Virus record (IMG/VR): IMGVR_UViG_3300017963_000063
Span: 1 to 54,338 of that record
DNA from: a virus
Lineage: Duplodnaviria > Caudoviricetes
Direction: 5' to 3' (one strand)
Length of the DNA: 54,338 nucleotides
Shown here: in pieces, positions 1 through 9,681 of the stretch
Position numbering within the stretch: position 1 is the stretch's first letter
Layout: every line of letters begins with the position of its first letter
Notes under the pieces: model-generated
What the model was told of the DNA's origin: nothing
The model's database searches: none
What the model saw: only the letters and a program-made list of their open reading frames with translations
Made by a program: the position numbers and the translations under genes

Positions 1-123
1 CGGTCGAAGCCGGGACGCTCAAGAATCGCTCGGACCATTTTGACAGCCTTGGGCTGGCCGACGTAATCAGCCCAGCAACGCGGCCGAAACTCGCGGTAAA
101 GCTGCATCATACACCCCCTTCTC
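1..123 (+). repeat. 123-bp direct terminal repeat, left copy (circular assembly overlap)
   Basis: Identical to 54216-54338; it falls inside the AAA+ gene, so it is most likely an assembly overlap. Confidence 0.95.
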
Positions 124-135
124 CATCGGCCTTGT

Positions 136-339
136 CTAGGTCTCAATGACGCTGGCCAGGGCGCAATCCGAACAGACTGAGTAGCGACTAGGGCGCTCAT
201 CCGGCACGAAATCGCAACCACATTCCCAGCACGCCACGGGATAAGGATCGCCAGTAGCCGGATGCTTCCAGCTATCAGAACACCCCGTTTCGTGACACGC
301 TACACCGTTGATCGACATCGCTTGGCATTGATCGCACAT
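136..339 (-). CDS. small Cys-rich (Zn-binding) hypothetical protein, 67 aa
   Basis: MCDQC...CWECGC...CSDC; directly upstream of and co-oriented with the AAA+ gene across the junction. Confidence 0.65.
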   Translation of the reverse strand: MCDQCQAMSINGVACHETGCSDSWKHPATGDPYPVACWECGCDFVPDERPSRYSVCSDCALASVIET

Positions 340-1093
340 CTTGACTATCCCAGTGGGGCGGGTATCGTGGCGTGTGTCCTGACCAGCACCAGCAGTCAGG
401 GCCACGGGCCAGGCGATCCACCGCGCTGGCCCACACTGTGCATATACCACACTATCGCCAGAAAAGCAAACGAAATACAGGGAAATGCACCACTATTAGA
501 AAACCCTAACCAACTCGCCAGGCAGCACCAGCAAGGTGCGAGAAATCACGCAGCCAACCGCAAGAGGTGCGGATTTTCACGCACCAACTGCGCGATATCA
601 CACACCACGATGAGTAACACGATGGGGATCAGGCGTGCCACGCGCTACAGGGTCGCATGGGATTTTAGCTATGGGTGAGCTGACGGAGCTCCGCCCCCAC
701 CTAGCGGCTGGCTGCCGATCGAGCCCAGAAGGGCGGGCCAAGCCATGCCGATGGCAGGATAGGCGGTTTGACGGGGGTTTGGGGCTCGTTTCACTGTGCA
801 TTCCAGCTATTATGCACGGGGTAGGACGCGCCAGAGCGGTCAAGAGGCCGGATCGGCGGGCCAGGCCGCATAATGCGCGGCTCCGAGGGGGTGGCCCGGC
901 CCTTGCGGCGGCCCGTTAATAGGGAAAATACCCCATCCCGCCTCGAATTAGCCGTTTAGGCGTGTTTTCTGGTGTTTGCAGCGCAGTTGCAGCGCGGATG
1001 CGCGCTACGTCGGTTGGTCGTCAGGGTGCGGTTTGGGCTTAATGCCGTCCAATGTCTGCGTGGATCGAGTGGTTGGTCGCGGGCGGGGGTGGT

Positions 1094-1282
1094 TCAGTCG
1101 TCTTTCCAGCAGGTGGCTTTGACTGCGATGAGGGTGGCGAGAGCGCCGATGCTGGCGAGTGCCAGTCCTTCGTGGATCATTCCTAGTCCGACGGTGCTGA
1201 CGAACCATCCGCCGTAGAACACAAACTGCCGCAGCCATGCTGGGGCCTTGTCGTTGTTTGCTGGTGGGGTATTGTCTGGCAT
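1094..1282 (-). CDS. small membrane protein, 62 aa
   Basis: GAAAGGA RBS upstream on the - strand; two hydrophobic segments. Confidence 0.6.
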   Translation of the reverse strand: MPDNTPPANNDKAPAWLRQFVFYGGWFVSTVGLGMIHEGLALASIGALATLIAVKATCWKDD

Positions 1283-2177
1283 AAGCTGTTGTCCTTTCGC
1301 TGTTTGCGGTCATTCGGACCCTGGAGGTTGGTAGGCGCAGCGACCCCCGCCGAAGCGAGAGCCGCGTTGCCCTGGTGAGGAAGGAGATTCCTGCCCATTG
1401 GCCGGGGTATACGGCGGCCTCCGTATTGTTGACCCGGTTGAGGCCGCTTTCGCCCCTGCGCCGGGGGGGCTTTTGGCCTGCGCCCGGACGGTCGCACCAC
1501 CGACGCAGGGAACGCCCCGGCCCCAGCAGCCTTGGCTGCGGCCTTTGTCGCCGCGTCTGGGGCGGTTGCGGCCAGGCTCAGCGGCCGTGTTCCTAGCGCT
1601 GAACCTGACCGCAGTCGCCCGAGGTTGCCTGATCTGGGCCTGTGGGATGGATCCAGTGGCTGCGGCGTTCGCCCAACAAACAAGGCCGGTTGGGTCCGGC
1701 CGCTGGGGTGGGGCCTTCGGTGATTCGCCTCCAGCCACCCTGACCTCTCCCCAGTAAGAGGTTACTGTGGGTTGTCAAGGTGTCGGGCCGGATACTCACG
1801 CCGTTCTGGGCCAGCGTGGCACCGGCCCGACGCTCAGAGTATGGCACACGATTCCGGTTTGGGCAAGGAAAATCCGGTACTGGGTCGCGGCTGGTGGACA
1901 AGTCTGTCCGGGTGGTTGTGGAAGCGGCAGGCCGGCGCCCTGCCCGCTTCGTGCGAATCCAAGACGAATCTAGCCAAGGGGGTGACGCGCCAGAAGATCA
2001 ACAAAGTGAGGCCGCCCAGGTCGCAGCCTAGACGGCCTCGAATCTTGTGCTCCTAGCCTCAGTGTACAGCTCCTGCGGCTAGGCCAGGGGACGTGCCCCT
2101 GGATGCCCTTGTGCATCTAGTATGGCCGCTCCCTGAGAAAAAGCAAGGCTGAGCCGGGCCTTTTCTGGAGGTTTCAA

Positions 2178-2417
2178 GTGAAACCGAAAGAAGCCAACGG
2201 GAAACGTGCGCGCCGCAAGGTGTTCTGCACGTGGTTCCGCCACTGGCGCACGGGCCGGATAATCCGGGCTAAGCCGGGGCGGGTCTTTGTGTTCTACAAT
2301 TTCTGCCGGGTCCACGCGACGATCAAGACCAGCCCCGCGGTGGCGTCCGGGCTGACCGATCACGTCTGGACCCTGGAGGAGCTGATTGGGCTCTTGGGTT
2401 GAAACTTTACCAGTACC
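2178..2417 (+). mobile_element. IS1-family-like remnant: transposase C-terminus plus terminal inverted repeat
   Basis: YNFCRVHATIKTSPAVASGLTDHVWTLEELIGLL resembles the IS1-like DDE transposase C-terminus; followed by GAAACTTTACCAGTACC (2401-2417), which resembles an IS1-type end. Confidence 0.6.
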
Positions 2418-2427
2418 GAAAATCCGC

Positions 2428-2456
2428 TTGCCGCAGCAAAAAGCTGGTGGTAGTGT
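2428..2456 (+). promoter_or_regulatory. sigma70-like promoter for the morphogenesis operon
   Basis: TTGCCG-17bp-TAGTGT with extended TG, preceded by AAAATCCGC. Confidence 0.5.
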
Positions 2457-2493
2457 TTGTAGGGGTTGGAAAATGGGGCGTGGAGACCGTCTG

Positions 2494-2964
2494 ATGGCCA
2501 ACCAGCCTAAAAGCAAGACGACCGGGGCGTACACGCTGCACATCGACGAGGACGCTCTGCGTCGGATGTATGCGGGGGCGTCGGTCGAGCGAACGGACAT
2601 TGAGAGGCCGTCGCTGAAAACCGGGGGGGGCAATACGCGGACCACGCCCGAGCGGTCCTTCCGGTGGGCACTCCAGCAGTTTGACCCCTGCAAGCTGGCC
2701 AACTGGATGTGCGACAAGGGCATCACGCTGGAATGGTTCCTGACCAAGCTGCACGAGACGGCCAATTCGTCTGAGCACTCTCGCGAGCGGATGCAGGCGT
2801 TCAACGCCCTGTACTCGTTCTTCACTCAGTTGGCGATTTCGCACCCGAATGTGGACCGTGGCATGTCGACGACGACCTTGCAGGCTCGCGGGGGCGGGAC
2901 CGTGAAGTTCGACGCGGCCAGTCACGACCCGTTGCTCGACAAGATGCAACAGAAGGCAGGTTAG
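2494..2964 (+). CDS. hypothetical protein, possible terminase small subunit
   Basis: First gene of the late operon, GGAG RBS, helical, 156 aa; function inferred from position only. Confidence 0.45.
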   Translation: MANQPKSKTTGAYTLHIDEDALRRMYAGASVERTDIERPSLKTGGGNTRTTPERSFRWALQQFDPCKLANWMCDKGITLEWFLTKLHETANSSEHSRERMQAFNALYSFFTQLAISHPNVDRGMSTTTLQARGGGTVKFDAASHDPLLDKMQQKAG

Positions 2965-2966
2965 CT

Positions 2967-3377
2967 ATGGCGATATCTCTGATGGAACTCGGAGGCGGAA
3001 ACGTCATTGTCCACGACACGGACTGCGACGTTGCCGCGGGGACCGTGGCCGAGAACGACGTGCTGGCCGGCCCCTGCGAGCTGCGAGCGGTCAAAATCGA
3101 CAACTCGGCGAATGCTGCGGCCGATGTCGTGATGTTCTACGACAGCCGCGAGCCGACGGTGAACACGACCGCAACTCGGCTGGTGTTGCAGGCTGAGGCT
3201 AGCGGCGGCGTCAGTGGCGGTGACGTGTTCGTTGATCTGGTTGACGAGGATGGCAACGGCGTCGAGTTTGCGACCGGCCTGTCGTTCGCCGGCTCGACCA
3301 GGGTAGGTTGGCGTGCGGGCACTGCCGCAGACCCGGCGAGCGCGATGCTGGTGTCACTCTACGCGAGGAGAATCTAA
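2967..3377 (+). CDS. putative virion structural protein (beta-rich), paralogue of the next gene
   Basis: Shares an IDNSxN...D...PTVxT pattern with 3379-3741. Confidence 0.55.
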   Translation: MAISLMELGGGNVIVHDTDCDVAAGTVAENDVLAGPCELRAVKIDNSANAAADVVMFYDSREPTVNTTATRLVLQAEASGGVSGGDVFVDLVDEDGNGVEFATGLSFAGSTRVGWRAGTAADPASAMLVSLYARRI

Positions 3378-3378
3378 C

Positions 3379-3741
3379 ATGGCCCCTCCGAACTTCTCCA
3401 ACCTAGCGGCCAAAACGCACGAGATAGTGCAGTGCAACAACTCCCCGAAGGAAATCTCCTCGCCGACCACGTTCTACGGGGCGTATATCGACAACTCCGA
3501 GAACTCCGAGGTCGTCTGGGTGAGCCTGCTGGACGACTCGTCTTCCCCGACCGTCGGGACCGACGAGCCTGACGATTGCATTCCCGTTCGTGCCGGCGCT
3601 AAGCTGCCGTTCGTGGTCAACGGCGGCGTTGGCCGCACGATAGCCAACAACCTCTACGTGTGGTGTACGAAAACCGCGGGCGTGGCGGGCACGACCAGCC
3701 CGGCCAATGCCGTCAAGGTAACGGTCTACGCGGCGGCCTAG
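3379..3741 (+). CDS. putative virion structural protein (beta-rich)
   Basis: GAGGAG RBS; paralogous to 2967-3377. Confidence 0.55.
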   Translation: MAPPNFSNLAAKTHEIVQCNNSPKEISSPTTFYGAYIDNSENSEVVWVSLLDDSSSPTVGTDEPDDCIPVRAGAKLPFVVNGGVGRTIANNLYVWCTKTAGVAGTTSPANAVKVTVYAAA

Positions 3742-3743
3742 CT

Positions 3744-4448
3744 ATGGACGAAGCAGTAACAACCGTGTCGAGCGCCGAGTTTGTGGGCGTCGAGATCGAC
3801 AGAACCGACTTCCCTCCGCAGGCCAGGGGCGTGCTGAACAAAATCCGGGCGCGGACTTACGGCGACCTCTCCAAGTGGAGCGAACCCGGCCTGGCCAGGG
3901 TCAAGGGGGCGGGCCCGTTCGTCATCCACCTGTTCCGCGAGCACCTTACATCGCGGGGCCTGTCGTTCGCCGCTGACATGCCGGGCGACGTGTTGGTGGA
4001 CGCGGCTCACGCACAGGGCGTGGCGCCAGTCGGGGAAAGCGCGGAACAGCCGCCTACCACGCCCGACTTCCTGGAACCCGTCGCACATACCTGTCACCCC
4101 GAGATTGCCCGCCTAAGCGTCCAGCAGGCGCAGTATCTCGCCGGCACCATGCTGACCCTGCTGATCTTCGGCCGGGATTGCCGGCTGAACATCAACCCTC
4201 AGTTCCGCGAGATGCTTAACAGGACGGTCGCGGAGCATCACCCAAAGTACGTGCGGTCGTCGCTGAGCAAAGCCGTTCTCGGCGAGATCGGCGGCGTGTC
4301 CGCCGTGCGGCAATTGCCGCTTGGCGATCGGAGGCGGGCGCAAGAATTCTGTTGGGTGACCGACATACTTGAAACGATGCTGTCAAAGGCATGGAGCAAT
4401 GGCCGAGCAGCAGACAACGCTACCGACGACCACCGTCCCGCAAGTTAG
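3744..4448 (+). CDS. protein with N-terminal RNA polymerase alpha-CTD-like (HhH) domain
   Basis: IDRTDFPPQARGVLNKIRARTYGDLSKWSEPGLARVKGAGPFVIHLFREHLTSRGLSF aligns by eye with the RpoA CTD. Confidence 0.65.
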   Translation: MDEAVTTVSSAEFVGVEIDRTDFPPQARGVLNKIRARTYGDLSKWSEPGLARVKGAGPFVIHLFREHLTSRGLSFAADMPGDVLVDAAHAQGVAPVGESAEQPPTTPDFLEPVAHTCHPEIARLSVQQAQYLAGTMLTLLIFGRDCRLNINPQFREMLNRTVAEHHPKYVRSSLSKAVLGEIGGVSAVRQLPLGDRRRAQEFCWVTDILETMLSKAWSNGRAADNATDDHRPAS

Positions 4449-4902
4449 CACGGCCGTCACGTCTCGGGCCAGGGGCTTGGTGGGCCAGGCGTCTACTGCC
4501 CGATACAACCAGCAGCAACGCGGCGAGCAGGTCAAGGCGGACGAGACCACCCTGTGGATGGCGCAGATCGAGCAGTTGGCCGCGTTGACCGCCGCTGTGA
4601 GCGGGAACGTCAACTCTGTCAACGTGACTAGTAAGACCGCGGCCTACACGGCGGTCGCGCTGACCGACACGGTGATACTGTGCGATGCGACGACTGCGGC
4701 GTTCACCGTGACGCTGCCTACGGCCGTCGGGAATTCCGGCAAGCTGTTCTTCGTGAAGAAGACCGACGCGGGCGGCAACGCCGTGACGATCGATGGTAAC
4801 GGGGCCGAGACTATTGACGGCGCGGCCACCAAGGCGCTGGCCGCACAGTATGACTCCGTGACCATCGTGTCGGACGGGACGAACTGGATGATCCTGGATT
4901 AG
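4399..4902 (+). CDS. tail-fibre/appendage-type structural protein
   Basis: C-terminal TVTLPTA..GK.F.VKKTD..NAVTIDG..TIDG..YDSVTIVSDGTNW domain common in phage fibres. Confidence 0.65.
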   Translation: MAEQQTTLPTTTVPQVSTAVTSRARGLVGQASTARYNQQQRGEQVKADETTLWMAQIEQLAALTAAVSGNVNSVNVTSKTAAYTAVALTDTVILCDATTAAFTVTLPTAVGNSGKLFFVKKTDAGGNAVTIDGNGAETIDGAATKALAAQYDSVTIVSDGTNWMILD

Positions 4903-4917
4903 CCAGAAAGGTGCCCA

Positions 4918-5046
4918 GTGCCAAAGAAGGTGTGCGATCGGGCGAAGAAGATCAAGCGCAGCCTGCGCCGCCGGGGCAAAAGCGCGAAGGAGGCTGAGCG
5001 GATAGCGTGGGCGACGGCGTATAAGCAGTTAAAGAAGAAGCGATGA
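4918..5046 (+). CDS. very basic 42-aa protein (not in ORF track)
   Basis: GTG start, AGAAAGG RBS; MPKKVCDRAKKIKRSLRRRGKSAKEAERIAWATAYKQLKKKR; stop overlaps the next ATG. Confidence 0.65.
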   Translation: MPKKVCDRAKKIKRSLRRRGKSAKEAERIAWATAYKQLKKKR

Positions 5047-5297
5047 GCGACGAACCCTGTCCAGCCAACGACGAGTACGTGCGGGAATACTGGCCCGTGC
5101 GCACGCCATTGGCCAGCGACCACGAATGTCCGGCGTGCCGCGAGCGCTGGTGGCTCATGCAGCGGCTGGAAACCCGCCCGGCAAGCCCGAACGAGCTGGC
5201 GGCATTCGTGCTGATCGCGTGGTGCCTGCACTGCGGGGAGGCCCGCGTGTCGCCGGCTGGAGCGAAGTTCAAAATCGGCGGCCTGGAGGCGGCGTGA
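5043..5297 (+). CDS. Zn-ribbon hypothetical protein
   Basis: CPAC...CLHC; stop coupled to the terminase start. Confidence 0.6.
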   Translation: MSDEPCPANDEYVREYWPVRTPLASDHECPACRERWWLMQRLETRPASPNELAAFVLIAWCLHCGEARVSPAGAKFKIGGLEAA

Positions 5298-7249
5298 TGG
5301 ACTCGGCGATGGAGACCGAATACCGGGACTTCACGTTCGCCGATTACGGTCTGCCTGACAACTACGGCAAGCTGACGGCCAAAGCCCGGCGTGAGGCACG
5401 GATCGCGTCCCTGACCAGTTGGTTCGATCCCGACAAGCCCGCCGAACTGGTTGCCGATGTCGGGAAGTTCGTCAAAGCCTGTCGCCTGTGGCGCGACTTC
5501 TATTTGAAGGCCAGCCCCTGCAACGCCGGCAAGTACGACATGCGTGACCCACTGTTCAAGTGGGAGATGGTGCGGCAGTGCTTCCAACCGGCGAATCTGC
5601 CCGAGGAGCCGGCCAAAGCGGTCGTGAAGTCGTCGCGATACGCCACCAAGACCGTTACCCTCATCCATGAGGTCTGCTCGATGATCCTGGTGTGCCGACC
5701 GAACACCCGGATAGTCGTCAGCGAGGCCAACAAAGAGAGAACCCAGGACGAAGTAATCGAGACCCGCCGTCAGATCGAAGAGTGCGTGATGATCCACGCT
5801 GACTTCGGCGGCGAGGGCAGACTGTTTCGCGTTACCGGCAAGGGCAGCCGCTGGAACGACAACTTCTTCATACTGCAAAACGGCTCGCAACTGAAGGGCA
5901 TCTCGGCCAACGCCGCGCACCGTGGACGGCACCCGCACCTTATCATCGTGGACGATCCCGAGAAGGACGAGAAGAAGTCGTCAAACCCGCTGTGGCGCAA
6001 GCAATACTTCGACTGGCTGTTCCGCCAGATGCTCGGCATGTTGCGACGTGGCAACGTGATTATCTGGATCGGGACGGACGTGGGGCTGAATTCCTGTCTT
6101 GGCATCGCCATGAAGCAGCATCACACCGTGCCGGAGGATGAGGGCTTTGACCTTCGAGCCATTGACCAGCGGTTCAATGACTGGCATCGCGCGGCATTCG
6201 ACATCATCGGCTCCGACGACGACGGCAATCCTATCAGCCTGTTTCCTGATCTATTGAGCGCCCAAGGGTTCGAGGAGAAGTGCGGGGCTATCGGGCGGGA
6301 CGCGGCTATGGCGGAAATCCGGGGCGATCCGATCCGCTCTGGCGAACTTGTCTTGCGCCGGCACGAGTTTCGGCACGGATACATGCACTGCGAGCCCAAC
6401 AAACGGGTGTGCGGGGAACACGAGTATATGCTGGACCTCAAAACCGGCGAGACGATGGCGTGGCGTCCGTGGCTCGACTCGCTGGAAGCCTATCAGGCCA
6501 ACGACATCGCCGACAGCCTGGAGGCGTCCGCCTGCCCGTGCGCTTGTGTGACGACCGGAGTTGACGCGGACGGCAACTACTTCGTGCTGGATATCTGGCA
6601 GAAGCGTGCCCTGGTCGACGAGCATGTGCCGACCGCCTTCCAACTTGCCCGCCGATGGAAGGCTGTATGTATGGGCTGGGAAAAGGCCGGGCTTCAAGAC
6701 ATGGTTCGCCGCTGGGCGCTGCGGATAATGAACGCCCAGCGTGCCGCCGGAAATGTTGTGCCCAACCAAGTGCCGATTCCCAATCTGCCGGGCACAGTAC
6801 AGCGAAAAGAACTACGCATTATTGCCGCGATCAGCCATGTCCTTGACCACGACCTCATTAGGTTCCTACGGCTACAGCCGGTCGTCAGCGGCAGCATTAC
6901 GCATGTGCCCGTGCGGCAGGACCACCGCCTGTACCATCTTGATTTGCTCGATGCCGTCGACACCATGACCGAAAACGGGTGTCGGGGAGACATCGACGGC
7001 CTGGACGCACTCGAAATGTGCCTGCGGATAATCGGGGAGCGCAAGTCCCCGAACAAGCCCGTTGAAGAACACCCTACGGACAGTATACTGACGCGTTGGA
7101 AGGAGATCGGCCTGGACTTCGAGCCGGCGCTGATCCCGAGCGAGGCGTGGTCGCCGGCCATGCTGAAAGAGCATAATCGGCTGGAGCGAGAGGAACTTTC
7201 TGTGTCCTCGCCCGGCCCTGACCCGCTGTGGAACGACCTTTATGACTGA
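5297..7249 (+). CDS. terL: terminase large subunit
   Basis: Walker A-like SSRYATKT, RGRHPHLIIVDDPE Walker B, WIGT coupling motif, RNase H-like C-terminus (DIAD...DGLDA). Confidence 0.9.
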   Translation: MDSAMETEYRDFTFADYGLPDNYGKLTAKARREARIASLTSWFDPDKPAELVADVGKFVKACRLWRDFYLKASPCNAGKYDMRDPLFKWEMVRQCFQPANLPEEPAKAVVKSSRYATKTVTLIHEVCSMILVCRPNTRIVVSEANKERTQDEVIETRRQIEECVMIHADFGGEGRLFRVTGKGSRWNDNFFILQNGSQLKGISANAAHRGRHPHLIIVDDPEKDEKKSSNPLWRKQYFDWLFRQMLGMLRRGNVIIWIGTDVGLNSCLGIAMKQHHTVPEDEGFDLRAIDQRFNDWHRAAFDIIGSDDDGNPISLFPDLLSAQGFEEKCGAIGRDAAMAEIRGDPIRSGELVLRRHEFRHGYMHCEPNKRVCGEHEYMLDLKTGETMAWRPWLDSLEAYQANDIADSLEASACPCACVTTGVDADGNYFVLDIWQKRALVDEHVPTAFQLARRWKAVCMGWEKAGLQDMVRRWALRIMNAQRAAGNVVPNQVPIPNLPGTVQRKELRIIAAISHVLDHDLIRFLRLQPVVSGSITHVPVRQDHRLYHLDLLDAVDTMTENGCRGDIDGLDALEMCLRIIGERKSPNKPVEEHPTDSILTRWKEIGLDFEPALIPSEAWSPAMLKEHNRLEREELSVSSPGPDPLWNDLYD

Positions 7250-7598
7250 TATGATCGCCGCTCTCATCGTGTTGGCCGTCGGGTGCGTGTGCGTTACCAT
7301 CGTGCTGTGGCGGGCTTTTGCGGCCAGCGCGGTCGCGGCCACCGAGTCCCTGCGCGCCGCCCAGAAGGACCGCGAAGAGATGGTGGCATTTGTGGACCGC
7401 CTCATTGAAATCGGCCTGCTGGGATCGGAAAGCGTTGCCCACATGCACGCCCAGGAGCGGCTAGCGCGGGCTCAGACCGAGGCGTCTCGCCAAGTGCAGA
7501 CATCCGGCACCCGGCAGAGGATCGCGGGGGCGTTCAACAAACCAGAGCCGCAGTTCGAGGACACTAACCTGGCCACTGCGATGGAGGAAGATACATGA
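7242..7598 (+). CDS. hypothetical protein with N-terminal TM helix
   Basis: Hydrophobic N-terminus; lies between terL and portal. Confidence 0.65.
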   Translation: MTDMIAALIVLAVGCVCVTIVLWRAFAASAVAATESLRAAQKDREEMVAFVDRLIEIGLLGSESVAHMHAQERLARAQTEASRQVQTSGTRQRIAGAFNKPEPQFEDTNLATAMEEDT

Positions 7599-9667
7599 CC
7601 CGCATGGCCACAGAAACACCGCCGACCGCTGGGCCAATCCCTAACATGGAGGAGCCCGCGTCTCTACCGAAGAAAGAGCGCAAATCCGCCACCAAGATCG
7701 TCGAATGGGTCCAGAAGCAAATCGAGAAGGGCTTGGAACGCCGGCGCATGCACGCCCTTCAGTGGATTCGAGTCATTTCCATAATGCGTGGCATCCACTG
7801 GTTCACGACGACCGGCGGCGTCTGGCGTCCCATTCGACAGAAGAACAAGAGCGATAAGCAGATTTTGGCCAAGGTCAAACTGCTAAAGCCGTGGTACGCA
7901 CGCCAACTCGGCATGATGAACGAAAACGAGGTTGGCGTGGTGGCTACGCCACTGGTCGGCCAGAACCCCGAGAGCTTCTTTAATGCCGACCGCGCCCAGA
8001 CGGTCATGGGCACGTGGGCGGATGAGATCAAGCTATCCGATTACGACCGGCACGAGAACCAGTTGCTGTTGAAGTACGGGGGCGTGTTCCGCCGCAGATA
8101 CCCCTGCATGATGGATCAGCAAGTCAAGCTGCAAGCAATCCCGCAGTCCGAAGTGTTCCCTATCCCGTTTGACGCCGCCGACGCCGACAAGGCCGACGGG
8201 CTCATGTGGATCACTCACGTTTCCGAGCAGTGGCTGGAACAAGAGGACATGCTATTCAAGGCCCGCTACGGCCGCAAGCCCGACAAGCCGATGGCCAAGC
8301 AGGCCAGTATGGACACCGTGCTGCTAAGCGCAAAATCTACGACGCTCGGAACCGCCCTGCTGACCGGCGAAAAGACCGACGGCGCGGTGGCGATAACGGT
8401 GTGGATGAAGCCGACCCCGTTCAATCCGTTCGGTGAGTACATCTTCATCCTGAACGACATGCTGTACCGCTACTGGTCACGGCCGGAGGATGGCATCCAC
8501 GACCCGCTGCCTAACAAGAAAATACCGCTGGACCCAGTGTACTACCTCAAGGACCCCGATGACTTCTGGGGCGAGGGATTCTGCGAGGCGCTGGTCCCTG
8601 CGCAACGAGAAGCCGATCGGCAGCAGTCGGTCCTGCTGCGCTCGGCACTTATGAACCGCGACATCACCGTGTTCAACTCGCGGATCATCAACCCCGCGGA
8701 CATCCAGAGCGACGAGGCCGCGCTGGTCCCGGTCAACGACGACGGGCTACAGCAAAACCGCTTTGTCATCGAGCGGGTAGTTGGCAACTCCATCAACAAA
8801 GACACGGCCAGCGTCTTTAGCCTCACCATTGATAACGCCAAACGTGCGGTCGGCTACGAGTCCGGCATCATCTTCGGCCAATCGGAGGGACGTGTTGACT
8901 CGGGGCCGCCCAACACCATGCTGAACCGCAACGCCCTGGCACCGCTGCAAGCAGTTGTAGGCCACAAGTTCAAATCTTACGAACGAACACTGCCGGCCGT
9001 ACTCGACATGCTGCCACAGGTCTGGCCGGAAGACAAGCAACTGCGGACTCAGGGGGAGTATAACCTGGGCCGCTCGCTGATGCTCAAGCGCCAGCAGATA
9101 CCTAGCAGCAAGGACGTTATCCTGAAGCCGACGCCGATGGTGGCCGGCGGCAAAACCAGCATGATTAATATGTTGCTGCAACTGCGCAGTATGCCGGACG
9201 ACACGCGGCAAACGCCCATCGTCAGCGATGCCGAGTTCCGCCGGTCACTGCGCATGCTGGACGTGGCCCCGCCTGGTATCCGTATTATCGACGAGGAAGA
9301 GGAGCGCATTCGCTGGCGGATCGCCCGTTTGATCGGAGACACCCAGCAGCCGCAAGCCAAGCCGGCCGGGTGCGGCGACAAATTTGTGGACGCCCAGCAG
9401 GCAATGGAAAATCACGAGGAGGTCCTCAGTCAGATGCGCAAGGCTATCCTGGCGCCTCAATTTGACCTCTACAGTCCGCTGGTCAAGAAGGTACTGCTGG
9501 CTGAGATCAACTGGCACAATGACCGACTGCAAGGCATTGTGGCACCGCCCAACCGATTCGACGATGACATTGAGCGACTAGACTCACAACGACAAGAGCG
9601 TTATATGTTTGACGCTTACCAGAATCTGGATTCCGATGCCGGCCAATTCGTGCCGCTCGGCGCTTAG
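7595..9667 (+). CDS. portal protein
   Basis: 690 aa, follows terL; FWGEGFCEALVPAQREADR segment typical of P22-like portals. Confidence 0.8.
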   Translation: MTRMATETPPTAGPIPNMEEPASLPKKERKSATKIVEWVQKQIEKGLERRRMHALQWIRVISIMRGIHWFTTTGGVWRPIRQKNKSDKQILAKVKLLKPWYARQLGMMNENEVGVVATPLVGQNPESFFNADRAQTVMGTWADEIKLSDYDRHENQLLLKYGGVFRRRYPCMMDQQVKLQAIPQSEVFPIPFDAADADKADGLMWITHVSEQWLEQEDMLFKARYGRKPDKPMAKQASMDTVLLSAKSTTLGTALLTGEKTDGAVAITVWMKPTPFNPFGEYIFILNDMLYRYWSRPEDGIHDPLPNKKIPLDPVYYLKDPDDFWGEGFCEALVPAQREADRQQSVLLRSALMNRDITVFNSRIINPADIQSDEAALVPVNDDGLQQNRFVIERVVGNSINKDTASVFSLTIDNAKRAVGYESGIIFGQSEGRVDSGPPNTMLNRNALAPLQAVVGHKFKSYERTLPAVLDMLPQVWPEDKQLRTQGEYNLGRSLMLKRQQIPSSKDVILKPTPMVAGGKTSMINMLLQLRSMPDDTRQTPIVSDAEFRRSLRMLDVAPPGIRIIDEEEERIRWRIARLIGDTQQPQAKPAGCGDKFVDAQQAMENHEEVLSQMRKAILAPQFDLYSPLVKKVLLAEINWHNDRLQGIVAPPNRFDDDIERLDSQRQERYMFDAYQNLDSDAGQFVPLGA

Positions 9668-9681
9668 TAAGGAGCCCTATC

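Noticed and set aside
1-123. Terminal repeat as a biological DTR
   Set aside because: It lies within a gene and has a k-mer-like length, so it is best explained as a circular assembly overlap.
810-873. Inverted TTATGC...GCATAA half-sites resembling XerC arms
   Set aside because: No TTA partner arm at 6-nt spacing.
1754-1765. Palindrome GTAAGAGGTTAC, also at 47743
   Set aside because: Only two 12-bp copies with a 4-nt spacer; not distinguishable from chance.
4952-5938. Long antisense ORFs (this one, 15455-16237, 45324-46382 and others)
   Set aside because: Shadow ORFs of GC-rich coding sequence opposite well-supported genes.
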